Shown here: positions 25,126-34,606 of the stretch, piece by piece
How the letters are laid out: each line of letters begins with the position of its first letter
How positions within the stretch are numbered: position 1 is the stretch's first letter
Assembly: GCA_032654565.1 (NCBI GenBank)
Contig: JAULAX010000002.1
Coordinates: 96,001 to 160,000 of the forward strand
Length of the DNA: 64,000 bases
Reading direction: 5' to 3'
Origin: Anaeromyxobacteraceae bacterium
GTDB lineage: Bacteria > Myxococcota > Myxococcia > Myxococcales > Anaeromyxobacteraceae
The notes under the pieces: model-generated
Told to the model about the DNA's origin: nothing
The model's input: the letters and a program-made list of their open reading frames with translations, nothing else
Databases searched by the model: none
Position numbers and translations under genes: made by a program

Positions 25126-26310
25126 TCACCCCCCCAGCCGCGGGTGCTCCTCCCGCCAGCTGGCCACGCCGGCCTGCCGCGTCGCCAGCTCGGTGCGGAG
25201 GTGGCGGCGCACCGCCGCGTCGAGGCGCGGGTCGGCGAGCGCGTGGCAGCTCCAGGTCTCGGCCGGCTCGAAGCCGCGCGACAGCTTGTGGTCGCCCCCG
25301 GCCCCACCCTCGAAGCGCAGGAGGCCGCGGGCCAGGCACTGGTCGATGGAGTGGTAGAGGGCGACGTTGAAGTGGAGGAACGGGTGGTGCTCCACCGCCC
25401 CCCAGTAGCGGCCGTAGAGCGCGGTGCGGCTGGCCAGGTTGAAGGCCATCCCCACCAGCCGGCCGTGGTGGCGGGCCTCCACCACCTCGACGGCGTCGGC
25501 CATGCGCGAGAGGACCAGCTGGTAGAAGGCCTGGTTGACCCAGCGCATGCCCCAGGCCATCTGGTCGGTGGAGCTGGCGTGCAGCCGGTAGCAGTCGTCG
25601 GCCCAGCCGCCCGGATCGCGCGCCAGCTCCTCGCCGCGCACGGTGCGGATGGTGATCCCCTGCTCGGCCGGGGCCCGCAGCTCGCGGCGCAGGGCGTGCC
25701 GGCGCTTGGAGGGGAAGCGGGCCAGGAACTGCGCCATGGTGGCGTCGCCCTGGTTGCGCCAGTGGTACTGGAAGTCGACGCGGCGGGCCAAGCCGGCCGC
25801 CTCCAGCTCCAGCGCCTCCTCGCCGGTGGCGAAGAGCACGTGCAGCCCGCCGGCCCGCTCGGCGCCGACCAGCGCCCGCGCCGCCTCCACCAGCCGGGCC
25901 ACCGCCGGCCCGCGCGGCTCGCCGGCCGCCACCAGGACGCGCCGGCCGGTCACCGGGGTGGCGGGGACGCCCAGCACCACCTTCGGGTAGTAGGGCACGC
26001 CGGCCCGGGACGCCGCCGCCGCCCACTCCCAGTCCCGGCTGAAGTCCCCCTCCGAGCCCTCCTTGAGCCAGGCCGGGGCCGCCGCCACCAGCCGACCGCC
26101 CCGCCGCAGCAGCAGGTGGCGCGGCGTCCAGCCGGTGGCCGGCGTGGCCGAGCCGCTCTCCTCCAGCGCCGCCAGGAAGGCGTGCCGGACGAAGGGGCTG
26201 GCCACCTCGGGCTCGTGGGCGAAGAGGACGTCCCACTCCCGGGCCGGCACCTCGGAGATGCCGGACAGGACGCTCAGCTCGCCGTCGGCGATCAGCGGGG
26301 GGCGGTCCAT
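25126..26310 (-). CDS. FemAB-like GNAT protein (DUF482-type)
   Basis: HAFLAALEESGS, GWTPRHL, YYPKVVLGVPATPVTGRR, LYGRYWG and FEGGAGGDHKLSRGF. Confidence 0.88.
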   Translation of the reverse strand: MDRPPLIADGELSVLSGISEVPAREWDVLFAHEPEVASPFVRHAFLAALEESGSATPATGWTPRHLLLRRGGRLVAAAPAWLKEGSEGDFSRDWEWAAAASRAGVPYYPKVVLGVPATPVTGRRVLVAAGEPRGPAVARLVEAARALVGAERAGGLHVLFATGEEALELEAAGLARRVDFQYHWRNQGDATMAQFLARFPSKRRHALRRELRAPAEQGITIRTVRGEELARDPGGWADDCYRLHASSTDQMAWGMRWVNQAFYQLVLSRMADAVEVVEARHHGRLVGMAFNLASRTALYGRYWGAVEHHPFLHFNVALYHSIDQCLARGLLRFEGGAGGDHKLSRGFEPAETWSCHALADPRLDAAVRRHLRTELATRQAGVASWREEHPRLGG

Positions 26311-26412
26311 GAGCGTCCTTCATAGCCGCGGCCGGGGCCGGCCGCCACGCGCCGACCCGGCCGTCGCCGGGAACCGCCCGCCGCCTGGGCCCGGTGGTGA
26401 CCGGGCCCGGGG

Positions 26413-26949
26413 TCAGGCCCCGCCGGCGATCTCGGCCTGCCGCGCCGCCGAGAACGGCAGGTGCAGGTTCTGCCCGCGCTTGTCGAGGAAGAGGCGCAGC
26501 CCGTCCTCGTAGTGGCGCCGCACCGAGGCGGCCATCAGCTCGTAGACCGGCTCGAGCGTCAGGGCGTTGGGCTCGGTGATCTCGAAGTCCTCGTGCCCGA
26601 ACAGGTTGATCACGAAGCGCCGCTCGATCTTCTTGAAGCGGACCTCCATGCGCACCAGGTCGGTGGTCTTCTCGCCGGCGATGCGGATGAGCACGCCGAA
26701 GTGCCAGTAGGTGTCCTCGTCCAGGTGCATGGCCTCCTGGACGTCGACCGGCCCGTCGCCCTCGCGCACGCCGCGCAGCGACTCGTAGGAGATGGCGTCG
26801 CGGGCGCCGCCGAGGTAGTCGGCGAAGCCGCGAGAGAAGGTGCCCGCGAAGAGCGCGCACTCGGAGCGGTAGGCCGCATAGTTCTCGCGAGCGATCGCGT
26901 AGGCCTTGCAGATGTGCTGGTACGGGGTGGTGTTGGGGCTCACGTTCAT
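26413..26949 (-). CDS. Hypothetical protein
   Basis: Open frame with normal protein composition, starting MNVSPNTTPY and preceded by GGAGG. Confidence 0.7.
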   Translation of the reverse strand: MNVSPNTTPYQHICKAYAIARENYAAYRSECALFAGTFSRGFADYLGGARDAISYESLRGVREGDGPVDVQEAMHLDEDTYWHFGVLIRIAGEKTTDLVRMEVRFKKIERRFVINLFGHEDFEITEPNALTLEPVYELMAASVRRHYEDGLRLFLDKRGQNLHLPFSAARQAEIAGGA

Positions 26950-27003
26950 CCTCCAGGGGTCGCCGTGGCTGCCCATCGGCGCCGGGAGGCCGTATCATAC
27001 GTC

Positions 27004-28182
27004 ATGCCCTTCCTCCCAGCGGCTTTTGGTGGACGCCCGTGCTGGGCCGAGATCGACCTCGACGCCCTGGCCTCCAACGTGCGGCTGATGGCCGCGCGCG
27101 CCGCGCCGGCCCGGCTCTACGCGGTGGTCAAGGCCAACGCCTACGGCCACGGGGCCGTGGCCTGCGGCCGCGCCGCCATCGAGGCCGGGGCCCACGGCCT
27201 GGCGGTGATCTGCGTCGACGAGGCCGAGGAGCTGCGCCGCGCCCAGGTCACCGCACCCATCCTGGTGGTGGGCGCCACCCCGCCGTCCGACGCCGGGCGG
27301 GTGGTCTCACTCGGCCTCATGCCCACGGTGGGGGCGCCGGAGCTGGTCGACGCCCTGTCCGCCGCCGCCACCGCCGCCCGGGCCACCGTCCCCATCCACC
27401 TCGAGGTGGAGACCGGCCTGAACCGCCACGGCCTGACCCCGGCCGACTGCGTGGCCCTCGCCGAGCGGGCCCGGGCCACGCCCGGCCTCGAGGTGCGGGG
27501 CCTCTTCACCCACTTCGCCGCCGCCGAGGAGGGCGACCAGCGCTTCACGCGCAGCCAGTTCGACCAGCTCAAGGCGGTCTCCGACCGGCTCCCCTGGATC
27601 AGGGAGCGCCACTGCGCCGCCTCGGCCAGCGTGCTGCTCGACCACGAGATGGGGCTCGACGCCGTGCGCGCCGGCCTCTCGCTCTACGGCTATCGCCCCG
27701 CCCCCTGGGTGGGCACCGACGCCGAGCTGCGGCCGGTGCTGGCGCTCCGGGCCCGCATCGCCCGGGTGCTGGAGGTGGAGCGCGGCGCCACCGTGGGCTA
27801 CGGGCGGACCTGGGCGGCGAGCAAGCCGACCCGCATCGCCCTGGTGATGTGCGGCTACGCCGACGGCTACCGGCGCGCCCTCGGCAACCGGGCCCCGGTG
27901 GCGGTGCGCGGCCAGCTGGCGCCGGTGGTGGGGCGGGTGGCCATGGACATGGCCATGGTCGACGTCACCGCCATCCCCGCCGCGGCCGTCGGCGACGTGG
28001 TGACGCTGCTGGGGCGGGATGGCCAGGCCGAGGTGACCGCCGACGAGCTGGCCGACCTGGCCGACACCATCTCCTGGGAGATCCTGGCCGGCCTCACCGC
28101 CCGGGTGCCCCGCCTCTACCTGCGCGGCGGGCGGGTCAGCGCCGTGACCACGCTCAACGAGCGGGTCCCGGTGCCGGTCTGA
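27004..28182 (+). CDS. alr: Alanine racemase
   Basis: WAEIDLDAL, PLP-lysine VVKANAYGHG, VGYG, GYADGY and GRVAMD. Confidence 0.93.
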   Translation: MPFLPAAFGGRPCWAEIDLDALASNVRLMAARAAPARLYAVVKANAYGHGAVACGRAAIEAGAHGLAVICVDEAEELRRAQVTAPILVVGATPPSDAGRVVSLGLMPTVGAPELVDALSAAATAARATVPIHLEVETGLNRHGLTPADCVALAERARATPGLEVRGLFTHFAAAEEGDQRFTRSQFDQLKAVSDRLPWIRERHCAASASVLLDHEMGLDAVRAGLSLYGYRPAPWVGTDAELRPVLALRARIARVLEVERGATVGYGRTWAASKPTRIALVMCGYADGYRRALGNRAPVAVRGQLAPVVGRVAMDMAMVDVTAIPAAAVGDVVTLLGRDGQAEVTADELADLADTISWEILAGLTARVPRLYLRGGRVSAVTTLNERVPVPV

Positions 28183-28289
28183 TCGCCCCGGGAGGAGGGC
28201 CGGCGCGGGGGCGTCCGGGGCTCCCCGCGCCTTCGCCGCACCGGCCGGATCGGGTATAAGAACGCCTCTTTCTGGAGGTTCGACCGCCC

Positions 28290-31200
28290 GTGGCCGACGT
28301 CACCCGCATCGAGATCGCCACCCGCCCCGGGTTCGCCGACAGCCGCGGGCTGGCCGTGGCCGCCGCCCTCCGCGCCCACCTGGGGATCCCGGTCGCCGCC
28401 GTCCGCACCCGCGACGTCTTCCACGTCGAGCCGGCCCTCTCCGCGGCCGAGGCCGCCCGCCTGGCCGCCGAGTTCGCCGGCCCCATCGTCCGCGAGGGGG
28501 CGGTGGGCCGCGTCGAGGACGGCCCCTTCGACGTGGCCGTCTCGGTGGGCTTCAAGCCCGGGGTCACCGACCCGGTCGGCAAGTCGGCCCGCGTCGCCAT
28601 CGAGGACCTGCTCGGCCGCGCGCTGGGGAGCCGCGGCGCCGTCTACGCCTCGCGGGTCTACCTGCTCACCGGGGTCTCCGGCGCCGAGGCCACCCGCGCC
28701 GCCACCCAGCTGCTGGCCAACGAGGTGATCGAGCGGGTCACGGTGCAGCCCTACGCCGAGTGGCAGGCGGCGGCGCCCGACCTCACCGTGCCGCGCGTGG
28801 TCGAGCACCCGCCCCGCCCCGCCGAGACCGTCACCCTGCGCGGGCTCGACGACGCCGCCCTGCAGGCCCTCTCCCGGAAGAAGCTGCTGGCCCTCTCCAC
28901 CCCGGAGCTGACGGCCATCCGCGACTTCTTCGCCGCCGCCGCCGCCGACCCGGCCCGGGCGCGGGCCGGCCTGGGGGCCGACCCCACCGACGTCGAGCTG
29001 GAGTGCCTGGCCCAGACCTGGTCGGAGCACTGCAAGCACAAGATCTTCAACGCCACCATCACCTACCGTGAACAGGGCAAGGCGCCGGAGGAGATCCGCT
29101 CGCTCTTCAAGCAGTACATCCGCGGCACCACCAGCGCCGTCGACGCCGCCATCACCGCCCGCGAGGGGAAGAGCTGGCTGGTCTCGGTCTTCCACGACAA
29201 CGCCGGGGTCATCGCCGCCACCCCCCGCTACCACCTGGTCTACAAGGTGGAGACCCACAACAGCCCGTCGGCGCTCGACCCCTACGGCGGCGCCATCACC
29301 GGCATCGTCGGCGTCAACCGCGACCCCTTCGCCACCGGCCTCGGCTCCGACCTGCTCTCCAACGTCTGGGGCTACTGCTTCGGCCCGCCGGGGTGGTCCG
29401 GCACGCTGCCGCCCGGCCTGCTCCACCCGCGCCGCATCCGCGACGGCGTCCACCACGGCGTCATCGACGGCGGCAACCAGTCGGGCATCCCCTACGGCCG
29501 CGGCTGGGAGTTCTTCGACGACCGCTTCCTCGGCAAGCCGCTGGTCTACTGCGGCACCGTCGGCCGCATGCCGGTCACCGTCACCGGCCGCCCCACCGAG
29601 GTGAAGTCGGCCCGGCCCGGCGACCGCATCGTCATGGTGGGCGGGCGCATCGGCAAGGACGGCATCCACGGCGCCACCTTCTCCTCGGCGGAGCTGACCG
29701 AGGAGAGCCCGGTGCAGGCGGTCCAGATCGGCGACCCCATCACCCAGAAGATGATGTTCGACTTCCTGCTCGAGGCCCGCGAGGCCGGGCTCTACTCGTC
29801 GGTGACCGACAACGGCGCCGGCGGCCTCTCGTCCTCGGTGGGGGAGATGGCGCGGCAGCCGGGCGGCGCCTGGCTCGACCTCTCGCTGGCCCCGCTCAAG
29901 TACCAGGGGCTGGCGCCGTGGGAGGTGCTGGTCTCCGAGGCCCAGGAGCGGATGACGCTGGCGGTCCCGCCGGCCCGGCTGGCCGCCTTCCTCGAGCTGG
30001 CCAGGCTGCGCGAGGTGGAGGCCACCGACCTGGGGGCCTTCACCGAGGACGGCCGGCTGGAGGTCCGCTGGGGCCGGCAGGTGGTCGGCCTGCTGCCGCT
30101 CGACTTCCTCCACGACGGCGATCCCGAGCTGCGCATCGAGGCGGCCTGGAGCCCGGCGCCGCCGGCCGCCGCCCCGCCGCAGCCCGCCCCCGCCTCGGCC
30201 GCCGAGGGCAACGCCCTGGCCGCGAGGTTCCTGGCCCGCGACAACCTGCGCTCGTCGGAGCAGCTGGCCCGCACCTACGACCACGAGGTGAAGGGGCTCA
30301 CCGTGGTGAAGCCCTGGATCGGCGCCCACCGCGACGTGCCCTCCGACGCCTCGGTCTTCATGATCGCCCACGACGGCGACTGGACCGGCTACGCCCTGGC
30401 CGAGGGGGTCTTCCCCACCTACTCCGACCACGACGCCTGGGCCATGGCGCAGGCCGGCGTCGACCTGGCGGTGCGGCGGGTCATCGCCGCCGGCGCCCGC
30501 GTCGACCGGATCGCCGCGCTCGACAACTACTGCTGGCCGGACCCCATGCCCGGCGAGAAGAACCCCGACGCCGCGCAGAAGGCGGCGGCGCTGGTCCGCG
30601 CCTCCAAGGGGCTGGCCGAGATCTGCATCGCCTACGGCGTGCCGCTCATCAGCGGCAAGGACTCGATGAAGAACGACGCCGTGGTGGGCGGCAAGCGCAT
30701 CTCCATCCCGCCCACGCTGCTGGCCTCGGCCATCGCCGTGGTCGACGACGTGCGCCGCGCCGTGACGCTGGAGGCGGCGGCGGCCGGCGAGCTGCTGGTG
30801 CTGGTCGGCGAGACCCGCCAGGAGCTGGGCGGCACCGAGTGGGCGGCGGCCCGCGGCCTGCGCGGCGGCGAGGTCCCCCGCACCACCCCGGCGGCGCTCT
30901 GGCCCGGCTACCAGGCGGTGGCGCGCGCCATCGCCGGCGGCCTGGTGCAGGCGGCCCACGCGGTGGGGCGCGGCGGCCTGCTCCACTCGCTCTTCCTGCT
31001 GGCCCGGGCCGGCGGGCTGGGGCTCTCCGCGGACCTGGGGAAGGCGCCGGTCGGCGGCGCCGTCGACTGGGAGGGGCGGCTGCTCGGCGAGACCACCGGC
31101 CGCTTCCTGCTGGCCGTCGAGCCGGACCGGCTCGCGGCGCTGCGGGCGGCGCTGGCCAGGGTGCCCCACGCCGTGATCGGCGCCTTCGACGCCGGCGACA

Positions 31201-31292
31201 CCCTGCGGGTCGGCCTCGGGGCCACGCCGCTGCTCGACGCCCCGGTGGCGGCGCTGGCGGCCGCCTGGAAGCGGGAAGGGGGCGCCTCATGA
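28290..31292 (+). CDS. purL: Phosphoribosylformylglycinamidine synthase PurL with an N-terminal PurS-like extension
   Basis: QTWSEHCKHK, KVETHNSPS, GKDGIHGATFSS, DNGAGGL, SEAQERM and ISGKDSM. Confidence 0.93.
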   Translation: MADVTRIEIATRPGFADSRGLAVAAALRAHLGIPVAAVRTRDVFHVEPALSAAEAARLAAEFAGPIVREGAVGRVEDGPFDVAVSVGFKPGVTDPVGKSARVAIEDLLGRALGSRGAVYASRVYLLTGVSGAEATRAATQLLANEVIERVTVQPYAEWQAAAPDLTVPRVVEHPPRPAETVTLRGLDDAALQALSRKKLLALSTPELTAIRDFFAAAAADPARARAGLGADPTDVELECLAQTWSEHCKHKIFNATITYREQGKAPEEIRSLFKQYIRGTTSAVDAAITAREGKSWLVSVFHDNAGVIAATPRYHLVYKVETHNSPSALDPYGGAITGIVGVNRDPFATGLGSDLLSNVWGYCFGPPGWSGTLPPGLLHPRRIRDGVHHGVIDGGNQSGIPYGRGWEFFDDRFLGKPLVYCGTVGRMPVTVTGRPTEVKSARPGDRIVMVGGRIGKDGIHGATFSSAELTEESPVQAVQIGDPITQKMMFDFLLEAREAGLYSSVTDNGAGGLSSSVGEMARQPGGAWLDLSLAPLKYQGLAPWEVLVSEAQERMTLAVPPARLAAFLELARLREVEATDLGAFTEDGRLEVRWGRQVVGLLPLDFLHDGDPELRIEAAWSPAPPAAAPPQPAPASAAEGNALAARFLARDNLRSSEQLARTYDHEVKGLTVVKPWIGAHRDVPSDASVFMIAHDGDWTGYALAEGVFPTYSDHDAWAMAQAGVDLAVRRVIAAGARVDRIAALDNYCWPDPMPGEKNPDAAQKAAALVRASKGLAEICIAYGVPLISGKDSMKNDAVVGGKRISIPPTLLASAIAVVDDVRRAVTLEAAAAGELLVLVGETRQELGGTEWAAARGLRGGEVPRTTPAALWPGYQAVARAIAGGLVQAAHAVGRGGLLHSLFLLARAGGLGLSADLGKAPVGGAVDWEGRLLGETTGRFLLAVEPDRLAALRAALARVPHAVIGAFDAGDTLRVGLGATPLLDAPVAALAAAWKREGGAS

Positions 31293-32092
31293 GCCGCCCG
31301 GTCCGCGTCCTCATCCCGGTCGGCTTCGGCCTCAACTGCGAGGAGGAGACCGCCGCCGCCTTCCGCATGGTCGGCGCCGAGGTGGAGCTGGTCCACCTCA
31401 CCGATCTCTTCGCCCGGCGGGCGCCGCGGCGCATCGCCGACTACCAGGTGCTGGCCATGGTGGGCGGCTTCTCCTACGGCGACCACGTGGCCGGCGGCCT
31501 GGTGCTGGCCACCCGCATCCGCGCCCACCTGCAGGCCGACCTCTCCGAGTTCCTGGGGAGCGGCGGCCGGGTGCTCGGCATCTGCAACGGCTTCCAGACC
31601 CTGACCCGGCTCGGGCTGCTGCCCGGCCCGGAGGCGGGGCCGCCCGACTTCGCGCCGCGGGCGGCGCTCACCAACAACGACCGGCTCGGCTACCGCGACG
31701 CCTGGGTCCGCATCGGCGTCGACCCGACGACCCGGTCGGTCTGGACCCGCGGGGTCACCGCGCTCGACGTGCCGACGCGGCACGGCGAGGGGAAGTTCGT
31801 GGTCGAGTCCTCCGAGGTGCTGGGCCGGCTCGACCAGCGCGGCCAGCTGGCCTTCCGCTGGATCGACGCCGCCGGGAAGCCCACCGAGGCCTGGCCGGAG
31901 AACCCCAACGGCTCGGCGCTGGGGGTGGCCGGCGTCACCGACTCGACCGGGCGCATCCTCGGGCTGATGCCCCACCCGGACGCCTTCCTCTACCCGTGGC
32001 ACCACCCCGACTACGCCCGGCGCCGGGCCGTGCTGGCGGCGCAGGAGGCGGGCGGGCTGGCCATCTTCCGGGCCGGGGTGGCCGCGGACTAG
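31289..32092 (+). CDS. purQ: FGAM synthase glutaminase subunit PurQ
   Basis: GGFSYGD, LGICNGFQ, HGEGKF, NPNGS and LMPHPD. Confidence 0.92.
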   Translation: MSRPVRVLIPVGFGLNCEEETAAAFRMVGAEVELVHLTDLFARRAPRRIADYQVLAMVGGFSYGDHVAGGLVLATRIRAHLQADLSEFLGSGGRVLGICNGFQTLTRLGLLPGPEAGPPDFAPRAALTNNDRLGYRDAWVRIGVDPTTRSVWTRGVTALDVPTRHGEGKFVVESSEVLGRLDQRGQLAFRWIDAAGKPTEAWPENPNGSALGVAGVTDSTGRILGLMPHPDAFLYPWHHPDYARRRAVLAAQEAGGLAIFRAGVAAD

Positions 32093-32307
32093 GCGACCGG
32101 GGCCTGGTGGGCCGCGGACTGACCCGTTCGCGGCGTCCGCGAGGCGGTCCAAGGTCCGCCGTTCAGCCGGACGGCTCTTGTCCCGATCGGGTCAAAACGA
32201 CCGAAGTGCTCGGCCTTGCTGGACAAACCTTACCCTCGGTCAGGTCGGGCGTGCTGGCTCGACCTCACCCTCGGTCAGGTTGAGCCGGGCCAGGATCGGG
32301 TCGGGAA

Positions 32308-33399
32308 TCAGGCGATCCGCGGAGCCTTGAACATCCACCCCGCCGGCGCCGGCCGGGTGCCGCGCTGGATCCCGGTGATCACCTCGTAGACCCGCCGGGT
32401 GTGCGGCCCGATGACGCCGCCGCCCACCTTCACCTCGGTCTTGTCCTCGAAGACGTAGGCGCCGACCGGCGAGACCACCGCCGCGGTGCCGAAGCCGCCG
32501 GCCTCGGCGATCTCCCCGCTCTTCAGCCCCTCGAGGAAACCGGCCAGCGGGATCCGCTCCTGCACCGTCTCGACGCCCAGCGCCGCCTGGCCGAGCGCCA
32601 GCACCGACTCGGAGGTGACCGAGCGCAGGATGGTGTCGGTGAAGGTGGGGATCACCAGCCTGCCGCCGCGGGTCACGTGGAAGTGGTTCATGGCGCCCGC
32701 CTCCTCGATCCAGGTGTCGGTGGTGTCGAGGAAGAGCACCTGGGAGGCCCCCAGGTCGTGCGCCGCCACGCCGGCCCGCAGCGAGGCGGCGTAGTTGCCG
32801 CCGGTCTTGATGGCCCCGGTGCCGCCCGGCGCCGCCCGGTGGAAGCGCTTCGAGATCAGCAGCTTGATGGGCTCGGTGAAGCCCTTCGGGTAGTACGGGC
32901 CGCTCGGCGAGAGGAAGACGCAGTAGAGGTACTTCGTGGAGGGCTTCACCCCCAGCGAGTCCTGGGTCCCGATCATGAACGGGCGGATGTAGAGGGAGGC
33001 GCCGTCCTGCTCCGGGAACCAGAGCCGGTCGACGTCGAGCAGGGCGAGGATGGCCTGCACCTGGTCGGCCACCGGCACCGTGGGCATGCAGACGCCGGGC
33101 GCCGACCGGTTGAGCCGCTCGGCGTTCTGGTCGATGCGGAAGGCGTGGATCTCGCCGTCGTCGTGCTTGAAGGCCTTGGCCCCCTCGAAGATCTCCTGGC
33201 TGTAGTGGAGCACCACCGCGCCGGGGTCGAGCGAGAACGGGCCGTAGGGGACGATGCGCGGATCGCGCCAGGTGCCGTCCTCGTAGTCCATGAGGAACAT
33301 GTGGTCGGTGCGCAGCTGGCCGAAGGAGAGCGGCCCCTGCGGCGTGAACGGGGCGGCGCGGCGCTGGGCGGCGGGCTTCAGGTCGTAGCGGATCTTCAT
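32308..33399 (-). CDS. ilvE: Branched-chain amino acid aminotransferase
   Basis: LHYSQEIFEGAKA, SLYIRPF, KTGGNYA, EEAGAMN and GTAAVVSPV. Confidence 0.93.
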   Translation of the reverse strand: MKIRYDLKPAAQRRAAPFTPQGPLSFGQLRTDHMFLMDYEDGTWRDPRIVPYGPFSLDPGAVVLHYSQEIFEGAKAFKHDDGEIHAFRIDQNAERLNRSAPGVCMPTVPVADQVQAILALLDVDRLWFPEQDGASLYIRPFMIGTQDSLGVKPSTKYLYCVFLSPSGPYYPKGFTEPIKLLISKRFHRAAPGGTGAIKTGGNYAASLRAGVAAHDLGASQVLFLDTTDTWIEEAGAMNHFHVTRGGRLVIPTFTDTILRSVTSESVLALGQAALGVETVQERIPLAGFLEGLKSGEIAEAGGFGTAAVVSPVGAYVFEDKTEVKVGGGVIGPHTRRVYEVITGIQRGTRPAPAGWMFKAPRIA

Positions 33400-33881
33400 G
33401 CGGGTGACTCCGGCGTGGGCCGCTCATTGTAGCGCAGCCGGACGTGGACCACCTTGTCCACCTCGGCGTGGACCAGGCCGGCGGCGTCCACCAGCTCGAC
33501 GCGGTAGGTCCGGTCGACCGAGCGGGCGCCAGCCAGCGCCTCGCGGATGGCCGCCTCCTCCCCCGCCGGGAGGGCCAGCCGGGCGGTGAGCGCCCCGCGC
33601 CCCGGCTTGCGGAAGCGCACCGTCGCCGCCTTGTCCCAGACCACGTACCCCGGGCCGAGCCGGTGCATCAGCATGATCATGAAGAAGGGGTCGACCGCCG
33701 CCAGCATGGAACCACCGAAGATGGTCCCCACGTAGTTGCGGGTCCGCCAGGAGAGCGGCAGCCGCACCCGCACCTCCGACCAGTCGGCGGCGATGAAGGT
33801 GACCCGCCCGCCCGACCCGCGGTAGCAGGGCCAGAGGTTGATGCCGTGGCGGAAGAAGAAGGTCCTGAGCGACTCGCGCAT
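33396..33881 (-). CDS. DUF4442 / hotdog-fold thioesterase-like protein
   Basis: RNYVGTIFGGSM and VVWDKAATVRFRKPG. Confidence 0.85.
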   Translation of the reverse strand: MRESLRTFFFRHGINLWPCYRGSGGRVTFIAADWSEVRVRLPLSWRTRNYVGTIFGGSMLAAVDPFFMIMLMHRLGPGYVVWDKAATVRFRKPGRGALTARLALPAGEEAAIREALAGARSVDRTYRVELVDAAGLVHAEVDKVVHVRLRYNERPTPESPA

Positions 33882-33910
33882 GCGGCTCCCCGAGCGACTA
33901 TATTGCCCAC

Positions 33911-34303
33911 ATGAGCCTCAGTGTAGAGACCGGCGCCACCCTCGTCTTCGACCGCTTCTGGAAGTGGCTGAAGCGCCACCCGCACTGCATCCTGCGGGCC
34001 GGGACGGCCGACTCCTTCCTCTTCGACCAGGACGACCTGCACTGGTACCTCGACGAGGACGAGGACCGGGTGCCCACCGTGCAGCTGCTGCGGGGCAAGG
34101 CGCTGATCGGCGAGATCGCCATCGACACCCGCGACATCCTCTTCGTGCAGGCCATGCCCGACCCCAACTCCAGCGAGGAGGGGCAGCACGTCTTCGAGGT
34201 GATCGGCGGCGGCGACGAGCCCTACCCCATCTATCACTTCCTCGTCGCCCACGGCTTCGAGGACGAGGGCTCCGGCCACCGCGGCCCGGTGCTGAAGCAG
34301 TAG
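33911..34303 (+). CDS. Hypothetical protein (130 aa), probably leaderless
   Basis: Coherent acidic beta-rich ORF; TATATT lies 6 nt upstream of the ATG. Confidence 0.75.
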   Translation: MSLSVETGATLVFDRFWKWLKRHPHCILRAGTADSFLFDQDDLHWYLDEDEDRVPTVQLLRGKALIGEIAIDTRDILFVQAMPDPNSSEEGQHVFEVIGGGDEPYPIYHFLVAHGFEDEGSGHRGPVLKQ

Positions 34304-34405
34304 CCCTCCCGCCGAAGGGGCAGCAGGCGCCGCGCGACCGGCGCGCCGGCCCCCTCCGCCCGGCCGCCACTTGCGTGGAGGCGCCGCCGCCGTTATGTTC
34401 CGCGC

Positions 34406-34495
34406 GTGTCCACGTCGATCCTCGAGACCCGTCGATTCTGGCGAGCCCAGCCCCTGCCCGGGCTGGGTGGCGCCGCGCCTCTCGCGCTGCGGTAG
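34406..34495 (+). CDS. Putative leader peptide (29 aa) MSTSILETRRFWRAQPLPGLGGAAPLALR
   Basis: GTG lies 6 nt after TATGTT; contains TTC TGG (Phe-Trp) followed by a cccagccc/gggctggg stem; upstream of the PheRS-like gene. Confidence 0.5.
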   Translation: MSTSILETRRFWRAQPLPGLGGAAPLALR

Positions 34496-34606
34496 CCGCT
34501 CCTCCCACACCGTCAACGGTCCGGGCACTGGCGTCGAGGGAACCCCCTCTTCCGCCACCGCCCACGCCCGCGACGCGCGGGCCAACCGCACCCGAGGTCG
34601 AACACC

